This document shows, piece after piece, positions 41,396-51,406 of a stretch of DNA of 64,000 nt. The stretch is from Truepera sp. (GTDB lineage: Bacteria > Deinococcota > Deinococci > Deinococcales > Trueperaceae). A program made the position numbers and the translations under genes. Where the stretch lies: assembly GCA_965218435.1 (NCBI GenBank), contig CBDCKW010000005.1, positions 384,001 through 448,000 of the forward strand, in the 5' to 3' direction. The stretch's first letter is position 1; each line of letters begins with the position of its first letter. The notes beneath the pieces were generated by a model. The model worked only from the letters and a program-made list of their open reading frames with translations, was not told the origin of the DNA and did no database searches.

Positions 41396-42292
41396 TTACG
41401 AGCTGTTCTCCCGAAAGTTGCGTAGAAGCAGGCCGACCCAACTGCGGTAGGGACGCCACTGACCGGCGAGCCTCTCCAGGGTAGCCAAATCGGGTTCGTC
41501 ACCCAGATGATAGACGGTTGCCATCGCTCGGTGCAGACTCTTCTCGGTGCGGGGAAAGATATCGGGGTCGCCGACGCCGCGGATCAGAATAAATTCAGCC
41601 GAGAAAGGCCCGATGCCGGGCAGCTCTTGAAGGTAGGACAGCACCTCATCACGCGCCAGCTCACGCAGCCGGGTAAGGCTGAGCTGACCGCTTGCCGCAG
41701 CAGCGCCGAGGACGCGCAACTGCTCAACCTTGCGTTCAGCCAGACCCTGGATCGGGGGGAGGTCTGCAAGCCGCTCAGGAGCGGGGAAGGTGTGCATCAC
41801 GTGGTCCCCAACCTCAACGCGGACGCCGTGTTCTTCGGCGAGGCGGTCAGTGACCGCGGCGGCCTGTTTGACAGCGAGTCGGTGGCCGATAATCATCCGT
41901 GCCGCGGCTTCGTAGGGGCTGGAGTAGAGCAGGGGGCGTAGCCCTGGGTAACGCTGTTCAAGGCCGGCAACAACCTCATCACGAGCCGTAACTTCGGCAA
42001 AACCGGTCCCCTCAACGTCGAGGGAGAGGATGCGCTCGAGCTGGGTACGCACTTCACCTTTCGCCGCTCCGCCGGGATTGGCGAACACCCTGGCGTGGAC
42101 CCCGGCATCGTCCTGACTGACCCGCACACCGACAGGCGAGTCTTCTAAGAGAAACGCGAGTTCCAGCACCCCGGCGTCGCCTTGAGTGCGACTCGAGTCT
42201 CCTATAAAGGAAGCGCGGGCTGCTACAGAAACGCTCGTCGCCAGCGAGAAGGTACCCGTAAACTGTAAGTCGATAGCGTTAGTACTGGACAT
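41396..42292 (-). CDS. AlkA-like DNA-3-methyladenine glycosylase (HhH-GPD)
   Basis: LPGIGPFSAE and WRPYRSW motifs. Confidence 0.88.
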   Translation of the reverse strand: MSSTNAIDLQFTGTFSLATSVSVAARASFIGDSSRTQGDAGVLELAFLLEDSPVGVRVSQDDAGVHARVFANPGGAAKGEVRTQLERILSLDVEGTGFAEVTARDEVVAGLEQRYPGLRPLLYSSPYEAAARMIIGHRLAVKQAAAVTDRLAEEHGVRVEVGDHVMHTFPAPERLADLPPIQGLAERKVEQLRVLGAAAASGQLSLTRLRELARDEVLSYLQELPGIGPFSAEFILIRGVGDPDIFPRTEKSLHRAMATVYHLGDEPDLATLERLAGQWRPYRSWVGLLLRNFRENSS

Positions 42293-42415
42293 CGTAGCCT
42301 CCTATGGGTTGAGCTGAAACCGGGGCTACCCCAGCCCGGCGATGAAAGGGCAGCAGGACAAGCCGGTTCGCCCCTGTTGAACACTTTTATGACGTTACAC
42401 CTGCTCCAAAGCCTC

Positions 42416-43339
42416 TTACATCCCGGTTACGATGATCTTGCCGTGGGCGTGGCCCGACGCCTGACGCGCTAACGCCTCGCCGATTTGCGCTACCGAGAAC
42501 GTCTGAGCGACTAAAACCTCTATTGACTTGTCCTGAATTTCAGCCACCAAGGTCTGCAGGGGGATGCCGTCGCGCGTAAGCTGCACCATGCTGACGGAAA
42601 CGCCTTTGGCCCTCGCGGTCTCTTCGTCGGGCGGTGAAACGGTCGAAACGAGGTAACCGCCCGACTTCAGCACCTCAAACGACCGCCTTTGGGTCTCGCC
42701 GCCGACGGTATCGAGGACCACGTCCACGTCATGCACCGCATTCACAAAATCCTCAGATTTATAGTCGATCACCTGGTCTGCCCCGAGGTTTCGTACCGCC
42801 TCGATGCCATCGCCGGAGGCTGTCGCCAAGACATGTGCACCGACGGCGTGAGCGAACTGGACGGCAAAACTGCCGACCCCGCCAGCACCGGCGTGGATCA
42901 GCACCGTTTGGCCCTCTTTAAGACCCGCTGTTTTGAATAGCGCCAGCCACGCCGTACCCGCCGCCGTCGGAATCCCGGCTGCGCTCGTGAAAGGTAGCGA
43001 GGGCGGCAGCGCCGCGCAAGCGTCGGCGGGCAGCTCCGCAAATTCAGCGAGCGCGCCACCTGTAGCTGGCTTAAGTCTGCCAATCACCCTGTCTCCAGGT
43101 TGCCAAGCCGTGACCTCAGCGCCAACTTGGGCAACCGTGCCGGTGAGGTCTGTGCCCAAGGTGTAGGGAAAGGGTAGCGGGAAAAACTTCGCCATCTTGC
43201 CCGCTTTCAGCTGATCGTCAAGGGGGTTGAGCGCCGCCGCCTCGACCCGGACGAGCACCTCGTCGGGTTTGATTTCGGGTGTAGGCACGTCCTCGAGCTT
43301 CGCCTCGTCCTTATAGTTGTGAATACGCACTGCTTTCAT
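42416..43339 (-). CDS. NADP-dependent MDR oxidoreductase
   Basis: LNPLD, HAGAGGVG and GKII motifs. Confidence 0.92.
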   Translation of the reverse strand: MKAVRIHNYKDEAKLEDVPTPEIKPDEVLVRVEAAALNPLDDQLKAGKMAKFFPLPFPYTLGTDLTGTVAQVGAEVTAWQPGDRVIGRLKPATGGALAEFAELPADACAALPPSLPFTSAAGIPTAAGTAWLALFKTAGLKEGQTVLIHAGAGGVGSFAVQFAHAVGAHVLATASGDGIEAVRNLGADQVIDYKSEDFVNAVHDVDVVLDTVGGETQRRSFEVLKSGGYLVSTVSPPDEETARAKGVSVSMVQLTRDGIPLQTLVAEIQDKSIEVLVAQTFSVAQIGEALARQASGHAHGKIIVTGM

Positions 43340-43424
43340 CGTTGAGACTTCCTTTGCTACTAGCGACCGAACCGGCCTGCCCAAATTGAGTACAGTCAAC
43401 TTTTTGTCGGTCTCCTATAGGTTG

Positions 43425-43578
43425 TAAAGTGCTTTCAGCCCCTCTTGTAAGTGAGATAGGCTTGCGCCCGAGTAGGTTCTCCAACTCAGGGCTCACTCCG
43501 TCTTCTTGCCCGTTCTTGATGTCAGTCACAAACCCTACTGCCCGCTTAACAATGATTTCGGGTGTGCCGCGTTCTCTG
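43425..43578 (-). pseudogene. NmrA-like oxidoreductase C-terminal fragment
   Basis: DIKNGQE..VSPELENLLGRKP.SL. Confidence 0.6.
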
Positions 43579-43690
43579 TCCTCGTCATATAGGCTAGGAC
43601 GGCTGGTTCGAGCTCTTCCTTACGCCCCTCGAGCAAGCTGGTAGTGGTGAAAGACGCTGCACGCAGAGAACTAGAAGCGCGCATAGGCTT

Positions 43691-44446
43691 CTACACGGGC
43701 ATCTCTTCCCAGGTGCGACCGTCCAAAACTCGGCCGCCGGACTTGGGCGTAGCTCCGCCCCACTGCATAAAGAAAAAAGGTACGCCTTGGCTTGTGCTCT
43801 GGTCACGGAGGTCGCGAACCCAGTCGGCGTCGAGTGGACGGGCACCCGGCCCGGACTCTCCGGCAACCGTGACCCAGCCGACGCCGTCAAGGTTCAGGTT
43901 CGGCAGCGGGCCGAGCAGGGGCTCGAGCGCCAAAAAGCGCACGGCAGCGTCTACCCGGCGGAGATCGTCGGTACGGTGTAGTTGGCGCTCGTCCTCGACC
44001 GAGGTGCCGACCCAGACGTTATCCGGCCAATCAAGCTGCGGGGACAGCTGAGCGAGCCGCCGGGCGCGTTTGGTCAGCACCTGATAGGTATGCTGCGGCG
44101 TCGCACGCATCGTCTCGACCACTTGCTGGATGTAGTCGAGCGGAACCTTGGCGTGGAACAGGTCGCTCATGCTGTCAACGAAAATGTGCCGGGAGCGTTT
44201 CCAGTGTCGGGGCTGCTCGAGCGTATCAGGGTGCAGCGTCAGTCCAAAGCCAGGTCCGCTGGTGCGTGGGTCGCCGTCATGTTGATATTTCGCCTGGCCC
44301 ATTCCCTTGAGCCGTTCTGAAAACGCAAGGGCGTAGCAGTGATCGCACCCTTCAGAAATCCGGTCGCACCCAGTGGTAGGGTTCCACGAGGTCGTTTTCC
44401 ACGCGATAGAGCTGTTGTCCGCCGTCAAAATCTGCCGTGTACCCAT
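43691..44446 (-). CDS. DUF5131 (phage Gp37/Gp68) family protein
   Basis: WNPTTGC-x6-C-x2-CYA, SMSDLFH, LTKR, EPLLG and GESG motifs. Confidence 0.93.
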   Translation of the reverse strand: MGTRQILTADNSSIAWKTTSWNPTTGCDRISEGCDHCYALAFSERLKGMGQAKYQHDGDPRTSGPGFGLTLHPDTLEQPRHWKRSRHIFVDSMSDLFHAKVPLDYIQQVVETMRATPQHTYQVLTKRARRLAQLSPQLDWPDNVWVGTSVEDERQLHRTDDLRRVDAAVRFLALEPLLGPLPNLNLDGVGWVTVAGESGPGARPLDADWVRDLRDQSTSQGVPFFFMQWGGATPKSGGRVLDGRTWEEMPV

Positions 44447-44504
44447 CTTGTCCTCCTGCTCATCGGCGGCGAACCGGTAGATCGCCGCCAGGTTGCTTAG
44501 CGGC

Positions 44505-45368
44505 TCAGGCTTGTGTCGCTTGCGCAAAAACTTGAGCAGGCGTAGTCGTACCCGCGACCGACTCGGTGCCGGGCACGCCGGAGCCGATCCAACCCGAGTT
44601 GTAGGCGTCTTCCATCTCCAGGTAAGGACGGATAAAACCGGGGGGCGTCCCCTGCGTTTCGAGGGTCGCTTCCCACTGCTCGCGGGGAATCGCGCGCGCC
44701 GTAACTTCACGTCCGAGCACCTCAGCCATCGCGCGGGCGAGGTCGTCCGGGGAGGTGGGAGAGCCGAGTTCCACGATCTTTTTACCGCTCCAGTCACCGA
44801 CCAGCAACCGGGCAATCTCAGTGCCGATGTCCTCTGTCGCCGCCATCAAAAAGGTGCGGTCCGTGGGTTGCAAAAAGCTGTCGAAGCGCCCACTCGAGGC
44901 CGCCGCGTCGAGCGAACGGGTGTAGTTTTCCAGAAACGAGCCGGGCCGGACAAAGGCAGTTGGAAAGGGCAGGTCGTTCAGTCCTTCCTCGAGCAAGTGA
45001 GTCGCCGTGATCATTCCGAGACCGCTCTTTTGCTGTGAGCCGATTGAGGAAAGCGCCACCAGTCGTGGTACGGGAACCTGACGCAGCGCCTCACGGAAGC
45101 TGTCAACGATCGCCCGCGCTTCCGGAAAGCCCGGTGCCGGGGTAAAGAAGGGCGGTAACATCAAGTAGGCACCTGCAACACCTTCAAGTGCTGAAGAGAG
45201 GGCGGCAACGTCGTTGAAGTCGCCTTGGCGGATGTCTACGCCCTGCTGCGACCATGCGGCAGCCTTCTCAGGGTCGCGGGTCAGCGCACGCACCGCATGT
45301 CCTTCTTGCAGCAGCCATTGTGCGGTTGCTCCGCCTACTTTTCCGGTAATTCCAGTGATAAAAAACAT
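44505..45368 (-). CDS. NmrA family NAD(P)-binding protein
   Basis: ITGITGKVGG and RPGSFLEN motifs. Confidence 0.9.
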   Translation of the reverse strand: MFFITGITGKVGGATAQWLLQEGHAVRALTRDPEKAAAWSQQGVDIRQGDFNDVAALSSALEGVAGAYLMLPPFFTPAPGFPEARAIVDSFREALRQVPVPRLVALSSIGSQQKSGLGMITATHLLEEGLNDLPFPTAFVRPGSFLENYTRSLDAAASSGRFDSFLQPTDRTFLMAATEDIGTEIARLLVGDWSGKKIVELGSPTSPDDLARAMAEVLGREVTARAIPREQWEATLETQGTPPGFIRPYLEMEDAYNSGWIGSGVPGTESVAGTTTPAQVFAQATQA

Positions 45369-45635
45369 CGTTTTTCCTTTCTTGAGTGCGGGGGCTCGAG
45401 GCGGCCCTAAGAGCGGCGCAAAGGCTGCCCGTCCCACACCTCGCTAACGCCGAGCTGCAAAATCCAGTGATTTGTGATACAGAAAAGCTAGTCCCGGCCT
45501 ACCTCAACTATTTTCGGGTCATATCAGGCGCGAGTGTCGCAAGTACGGACGCCGGGCGCGCGGCCGTAGCAGGGCTGAAAACGTTTCGTGAGGGACAGCT
45601 GTGCTTAAGTGGGGCTCACGGTTTGTCCAGTAAAG

Positions 45636-46280
45636 CTAAGCGGGTGCACCTGCTGCGAAGAGCAGCGTGACGCCGAGACTGCCGTAAGGCTGCCAGACTC
45701 TAGCGATCTCTCCTATTTCCGCTTCAGTCGGGAGGTGGTCGAGGTTGTAACACTTTTTGACTGCTTTACGGAGCATGAGGTCACCCGTCGGCACCACATT
45801 CGTCCGGCGCAGACAGATCAGGAGAGCACCATGGACGGTCCAGGTACCGATACCTTTAATCTGCGTCAGCTCCGAGAGAATTTGCTCATCCGGTAAGGCG
45901 CTGAGCCGCGCCTCGGAAAGCCGTCCGTCGGCGAAGTGCTCGGCGAGGTCAAGCACCGTCTTTGCCTTTCGCCCGGATAAGCCCAGCTCACGAAGGCTCT
46001 CCTCGCGCAGCTTGGCAACTGCTTGCGGACTTGGCAGACGCCCCCCGAACTCGCTGCTCAGTCGCCCTAAAATGGCCCGCGTCGCCTTGACTGAAAGCTG
46101 CTGACCGATGATTTGGAAGACGAGACAGCCGAATAATTCCATGACCGGCAGCTCTTCACGCCAGGCGTCCGGGTCGTCAGCCGGGCGTTCGTCAATCAAG
46201 GCTGCAAGCACCGCGTCGGCCGCGCGGAGGTGCGCAAATCCCCGGCGTATTTCTTGTGTTCGGCTCGTCGTCATGTTCAT
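45636..46280 (-). CDS. DNA-3-methyladenine glycosylase (AlkA/MagI-like)
   Basis: IIGQQLS, IKGIGTWT, PTGD and WQPY motifs. Confidence 0.9.
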   Translation of the reverse strand: MNMTTSRTQEIRRGFAHLRAADAVLAALIDERPADDPDAWREELPVMELFGCLVFQIIGQQLSVKATRAILGRLSSEFGGRLPSPQAVAKLREESLRELGLSGRKAKTVLDLAEHFADGRLSEARLSALPDEQILSELTQIKGIGTWTVHGALLICLRRTNVVPTGDLMLRKAVKKCYNLDHLPTEAEIGEIARVWQPYGSLGVTLLFAAGAPA

Positions 46281-46387
46281 CCTCCCGTCAGCGTGACTGC
46301 TTCGCCCCGGTCAGCGACACAAAAATTCGGTTTTATGCGTCTTATTATCCTCGAGCTGCAGTCAAAAGCTACAGTCAAGAGTTATTT

Positions 46388-46975
46388 TTAGCGGGCCGCG
46401 TCTACGTGGGGTCTAAACGTCCAGTTGATCCTCTCGCCAACGGGACGCGCCGTTTTTGGAACGGCGTGCAGCCAGTTCTCCTGACAGCCGGGGAGCATGA
46501 TCAGTAGCGTTCCACTCTCGAGCTGGTAATCAACCGTTTCACCGCTGTCTTTATGCCTTAGCTTAAACTTGCGCGTGCTGCCCAAGCTCAGTGAGGCAAT
46601 CGCTGGCCTTTCACCCAACTGAGCAAGGTCGTCGGCGTGCCAACCAATCGAGTCTTTGCCCGTCCGGTAGCGGTTGCCGACGGCAAAGTCGAATTTGTAG
46701 CCGCTTGCAGTCTGGATGCGCCCACGGGCCTCGAGCAAAAAATCGGGCCAGGGTTCGGCCTCAATACTGGCACCACGGTAGTTAAACGTCAGACCGGGAT
46801 CGCTGAATAAGACCTCATCGTGCGGTACGGGGACCTTTTTGCCGTACATATTGATCTCGCCTCGCATCCAGCCCAGGTTCTCGGAAGCTTGAAACCAACG
46901 AGCGGCTTCTTCCGGGGTTAGAAAGTTCGGGTAGAACTCGACGGGTGGGTTTAGTTTGGTGGCAAGATCTGTCAT
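46388..46975 (-). CDS. AlkB-family 2OG-Fe(II) dioxygenase
   Basis: DSIGWHADD, IASLSLG, HAVPK and RINWTFR motifs. Confidence 0.93.
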   Translation of the reverse strand: MTDLATKLNPPVEFYPNFLTPEEAARWFQASENLGWMRGEINMYGKKVPVPHDEVLFSDPGLTFNYRGASIEAEPWPDFLLEARGRIQTASGYKFDFAVGNRYRTGKDSIGWHADDLAQLGERPAIASLSLGSTRKFKLRHKDSGETVDYQLESGTLLIMLPGCQENWLHAVPKTARPVGERINWTFRPHVDAAR

Positions 46976-47102
46976 GCTGGACCTTTCGTGGTGCTCTCTA
47001 GAGACATGTCGTCTTATCTTGGTCTACTAACAGCGTCGCAAAACTGCCCCTTACAGAGTTGTCCCCTCTCTTTTGAGCTCCTCTAGCGCCGGTAGCCACC
47101 GC

Positions 47103-47585
47103 TTAGGGCGAGGTCGAGTCCTCGTTCAGCGCCTCTATGACATCTTCTGTTAGCTCATCGAAAAAGGTGATGATCACGTTTCGTTCTGCAGGCTCGAGCC
47201 TGCTGATGCGGGCACGCAGCCGATCTAAAAAAACGTCGAGCTTAGGAACGCTTAGCGTTTCGCGTGTGAGCGCCTGCACCATAACGCTGCGCCGGTCGCT
47301 CGCGTGAGGTACGCGCTTGACGTAGCCACGTTTGACGAGTCGGTCGATCAGGGCGGTGGTCGCGCCCGAACTCATCTGGACTCGGTGTGCCACCTCTTTG
47401 GCACTTAAGGGACCGTAGAGACGGATGTGATTATAGGCCACGAGATCGGACGGAGCGACCTTTGTTTCAGCAGCGAGCATACTGCTGAGCGAGTGCAGCA
47501 TAGCGTCTAAGGCCATATACGAATCGAATAGTTCGCGACTAGAATCACCCTCCTCGGCACTTTGAGTAGCATCAGTTTCGAACAC
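47103..47585 (-). CDS. MarR family regulator
   Basis: SSGATTALIDRL..GYV.R..DRRSV. Confidence 0.9.
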   Translation of the reverse strand: MFETDATQSAEEGDSSRELFDSYMALDAMLHSLSSMLAAETKVAPSDLVAYNHIRLYGPLSAKEVAHRVQMSSGATTALIDRLVKRGYVKRVPHASDRRSVMVQALTRETLSVPKLDVFLDRLRARISRLEPAERNVIITFFDELTEDVIEALNEDSTSP

Positions 47586-47786
47586 AACTAAACTCTACAT
47601 CAAATTTACTCGTTATTAGAGTATTTTGGATTACGATATTCTCTTTTTTAGTTCTAATATAATACTCGTCGGCAGAGTGACCAAGCGGATAAGGTAGACG
47701 CCTCTGGGGGTACTGAAGTGACAGACTGCTCTATTTTAGTTTTCCTTAGAGTTAGTGGCGCGTTACCCACTACGAGGAGGAAACTA

Positions 47787-48640
47787 GGGAGTGTCATCAG
47801 TTGAAGGTCGAGCAGAGCTGGTTAAGATAGGTTTTTGGAGGGTGCTATGGTACGGCGCTACGCTTTGCGTGATGATCAGTAGGAGCGGATCGAAGATTTG
47901 CTGCCGCGACGAGCAGGCATAGTCGGGGTAACAGCCAAGGCTAACCGTTTGTTTGTCGAGGCAGTTTTGTACCGTTACCGTGCCGGTATTCCTTGGCGTG
48001 ACCTACCCGAACGCTTCGGTGACTTTCGCGTCGTTCATATCCGCCATAGTCGCTGGGCAAAAGCGGGGTGCGGGAACGGGTCTTTGACGCACTGGTAGCT
48101 GACGCAGATAACGAGTACGCGATGAAAGTGCCCCAAGTGAGGAACGAACGGCAGGGTATAGACGTAACCATCATGCGGGTTCACCAGCATAGTACTGGCG
48201 CTTAAAGCGGGTGAACAAGCCCTTGGACGCAGCCGGGGTGGGCTGAGTACCAAGATTCACGCTACCTGTGACGCGCTAGGCAATCCGACCGGCTTTTTCC
48301 TGACCCCCGGTCAAGCGCATGACCTACAAGGAGCCGACGCTCTATTACCGGGAATTGAAGCCGACTACTTACTTGCCGACAAAGCCTACAATGCCCAGGC
48401 ACGCGTCCTTGATATCCTTAGAAAGGTATCAAAGCGGCTATCCCGCCTAAATCCATGCGGCTCACGCCTCGCCGCTATGACGCCGAACGCGACAAAGACA
48501 GACATCATTGAAACCTTCTTCCTGAAACTTAAACACTTTTGTGCTGTCGCTACTCGTTAGGACAAAACCGCTCGTGACTTCCTCGCCGCTATCCACCTAG
48601 CTGCTGCAACCATCCTACTCGCTTAATTGATGACACTCTC
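47787..48640 (+). mobile_element. IS5-family (IS427-like) element, degraded
   Basis: IRs GGGAGTGTCATCA and TGATGACACTCTC, TA duplication, WRDLPERFG and GRSRGGLSTKIH, several stops. Confidence 0.9.
48125..48157 (+). repeat. 33-bp insertion E in the transposase
   Basis: Interrupts DNEYAM|IDVTI. Confidence 0.7.
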
Positions 48641-48810
48641 TAGTACACCGACCAGGTAGCATAGAGAGATAGACTAGAGAGCTTGTAACCCCGTTTCTGA
48701 CGCAAAAAGTAACTCAAAAACAATCCCTTAGTTCTACCTGGACATAGTACTAGTTGGGCAGCAGCGCGCGGCTTGGCTGCGTGCAGAAGAATTGTGTAAA
48801 ATCAAATGAT

Positions 48811-49431
48811 ATGAGAACACTAATCATCAACGCTTCTCAGCCTGTTGCCGGAATGTCCGAAGGAAAACTCAATGACTTCTTAGCCAAAGTCATTAGAGAT
48901 GAATTGGAACACAACGGACACGAAGTCCGACGCACACAGATTAACAGCGGCTACGACGTTGACGAAGAAGTTGAAAAACATCTTTGGGCCGACTTCATCA
49001 TCACGCAGTCGCCCGTCTACTGGTTCGGAAATCCCTGGATTTATAAAAAGTATGTAGACGAAGTTTTCAATGCCGGGATTCTTCAACAGAAGATGGTCGC
49101 AAATGACGGTCGGACACGCAGCGACCCAACGAAACAATACGGGACAGGCGGCCTAATGCAAGGCAAAAAATATATGCTTTCTCTGACTTGGAACGCCCCT
49201 GCCGAAGCCTTCAACGACGAGAAGCAGTTCTTGTTTGAGGGCAAATCGGTGGACGATTTTTTCATGTTCAACACCGCAAATTACAAGTTCTGTGGCGTAG
49301 AAATCCTGCCTTCTTTCTCTTGTCATGACGTGCTGAAGCAATGTGGAATTGAGCATGCCATCGGGCGTCTAAAGACGCACTTGGCTAGGGTGTTTGGGAA
49401 ATCCCCTCACCTATGTTTAGGTAGGGGGTGA
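48811..49431 (+). CDS. MdaB-like NAD(P)H:quinone oxidoreductase; 3' end overlaps IS5
   Basis: PVYWFG.PW..KKY.DEVF, DGRTRSD..YG.GG and SLTWNAP motifs. Confidence 0.88.
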   Translation: MRTLIINASQPVAGMSEGKLNDFLAKVIRDELEHNGHEVRRTQINSGYDVDEEVEKHLWADFIITQSPVYWFGNPWIYKKYVDEVFNAGILQQKMVANDGRTRSDPTKQYGTGGLMQGKKYMLSLTWNAPAEAFNDEKQFLFEGKSVDDFFMFNTANYKFCGVEILPSFSCHDVLKQCGIEHAIGRLKTHLARVFGKSPHLCLGRG

Positions 49432-49629
49432 ATGGTCAAGCGAAAGCGGTATACAACGGACTTAAAAGAGCAAGAGTGGCAGGTTCTTGAGCCCTATCTA
49501 TTGCGGCTGATGCCGGAGCAGCCAAAAGGACGAAAAACGAGCTATCAGCTTAAGACACTGATTAACGCAGTTCGTTACGTTTTACGAAATGGCTGTACCT
49601 GGGGAGACTTACCGGGTGACTTTCCCCCT

Positions 49630-49672
49630 GCAGGTTAGGGTCACTAGACCCTTCGGCTAGAGCCGATGACCT
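49630..49672 (+). repeat. Double-hairpin insertion A (~43 bp)
   Basis: Interrupts GDFPP|xQSVYYHF. Outer stem plus two hairpins. Confidence 0.75.
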
Positions 49673-49673
49673 A

Positions 49674-50866
49674 GTACCCAGCTAACCTGAAGCTTGCACT
49701 TTCGACATGGGGTAGAGCCTTCTGAGCTTAATGCGGGCATCATGGGTGGTGAACTGCTAGTTGATAGTCACAGCCTGCTCGTTGCGACTTTTCTGCCAGG
49801 CGGCGACCTCTCGTTCAAGACGTTGTGGACTCTCGATACGGCGGTTTAGACACTGAGACGAGAGCGCCGAAAGCTCAATCTCAGCCATATTCAACCAACT
49901 GCCATGCTCAGGCGTGTAGTGCCACTCGGTGCGCTCGGTAATAGCACGGGCTTCCTCGGGCTCAAAGGCTTCGTAGAGTGCAGCGGTAGTGTGAGTATTG
50001 AGGTTGTCGGTAATGAGCACCACCTTCTCAGCATACGCGTAGTCTTCCATAACGATGCGGCGCAGTTCATGGGCGAAGTCAATAGCGGTACGTCGCTCAG
50101 TGACTCGCACCGTTCGTTTGCCCGCAAGGGGCTCAACGGCGAGAAACAAATTGGCGGTGCCATGGCGAGTATATTCGTAGTCTTCTCTGGCGAACTGCCC
50201 AGGTTGCAACGCCAGGCTGCCGTGAGGCGTACTGTGCAGCTGCTTGCTCAGTTCGTCGAGACATATAACCGGACGTTTGGCGTTGTAGGGCCGGGCATAG
50301 ACCTCCAGCACATCTTCCATCTTGGCGACAAAGTGGCTGCTCGGCTTAGCTAGACACCAGCTCTTGACTCGCCAAGGCTTAAGTTCGTTTTTTTGAGCCG
50401 CTTGCACACGGCTACATTGCTGATGCTCTCGACGTAGCCCAACTCAACCATCTGCTCAGCTAAAAGCCTCAAGGTCCAGCGCTGTCTTCCGTCAGGGGGT
50501 TCGCTGCACGCCAGCATCACCAGCTTCGCCTCAATCTCTCCGGTGATTTTGGGAGCGGCACCAGGGCGAGTCTTCTCTCGTAGAGCTGTCTCTAAACCCT
50601 CTACGACGTATCGGCGACAGATGCTGCCTACGTGCTCACGCTGCACAGCAGCACTTCAGCGATCTCTTGGTAGTTTCGCTTTGGCTGCCGTTCTCGATCT
50701 GCCAGAAGCAGGATGCGGGCACGCGTGAGGGTGCGGGCCGAACTGCTGCCGGAACGGACCAAGCTGCTTAACTGCTCGTATTCTGCCTCGCTTAGGTGGA
50801 CGTGCAGATGTTGTCCCATGCCTCAGCTTTAACCTGGAAAGGGTAGAAATCAAGTTAGTTGGGTAC
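49674..50866 (-). mobile_element. IS630-family element nested in IS5
   Basis: IRs GTACCCAGCTAACCTGA and TCAAGTTAGTTGGGTAC, TA duplication, A7 slip site near 50390, DE/DNLNTH/WLNMAEIE motifs, inactivating lesions. Confidence 0.92.
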
Positions 50867-51128
50867 TAGGCAGAGCGTCTACTATCACTTTGCCAAGTGG
50901 CGAGCGGTAGGGTTGTGGCGCAAGCTCAATAAACATCTGCGGAGAACGCTCAGGAAAAGGCTAGGACGTAACGAAGAACCGAGCGCCGGTCGTGCTGACA
51001 GCCAGTCGGTCAAAGCTGGAAGCTTGCATGGCAACGGCTTTGATGGGGCCAAGAGCGTCAACGGTAGCAAAAGGCATCTGCTGGTCGCTGCCCTCGGGCT
51101 AGTGCTGAGTGTGCTAGTCACGAGCGCG

Positions 51129-51160
51129 AATATACCCGAACGCAAATATACCCGAACGCA
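51129..51160 (+). repeat. 16-bp tandem duplication frameshifting the IS5 transposase
   Basis: AATATACCCGAACGCA repeated twice. Confidence 0.85.
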
Positions 51161-51361
51161 AAGGTCTGTCTTTACCGCTAACCCATAGTAAACCGCACTT
51201 GCCAAGGCTCTACTACTTATGGCTCGACCGAGGCTACAAAGGCGTTGCCTTCACTAATCGTATCCTCTTATGTTTCGGCGTCGTGCTTGAGATTGTTGCT
51301 CGTCGTAGTGAAAAAGGCTTCGGCTTACAAGCTAGGCGCTGGGTGGTGGAACGCACTTTTG

Positions 51362-51406
51362 CATAGGTGAGCATCGCAGATGCTGGGCACTATGTGCTTA
51401 ACCTAT
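51362..51406 (+). repeat. Double-hairpin insertion D (42 bp)
   Basis: Removing 51364-51405 restores VERTFA|WLGNYRRL. Confidence 0.8.

Noticed and set aside
45391..45430. Another double-hairpin element
   Set aside because: Stems are short and mismatched, and there is no duplication or shared loop.
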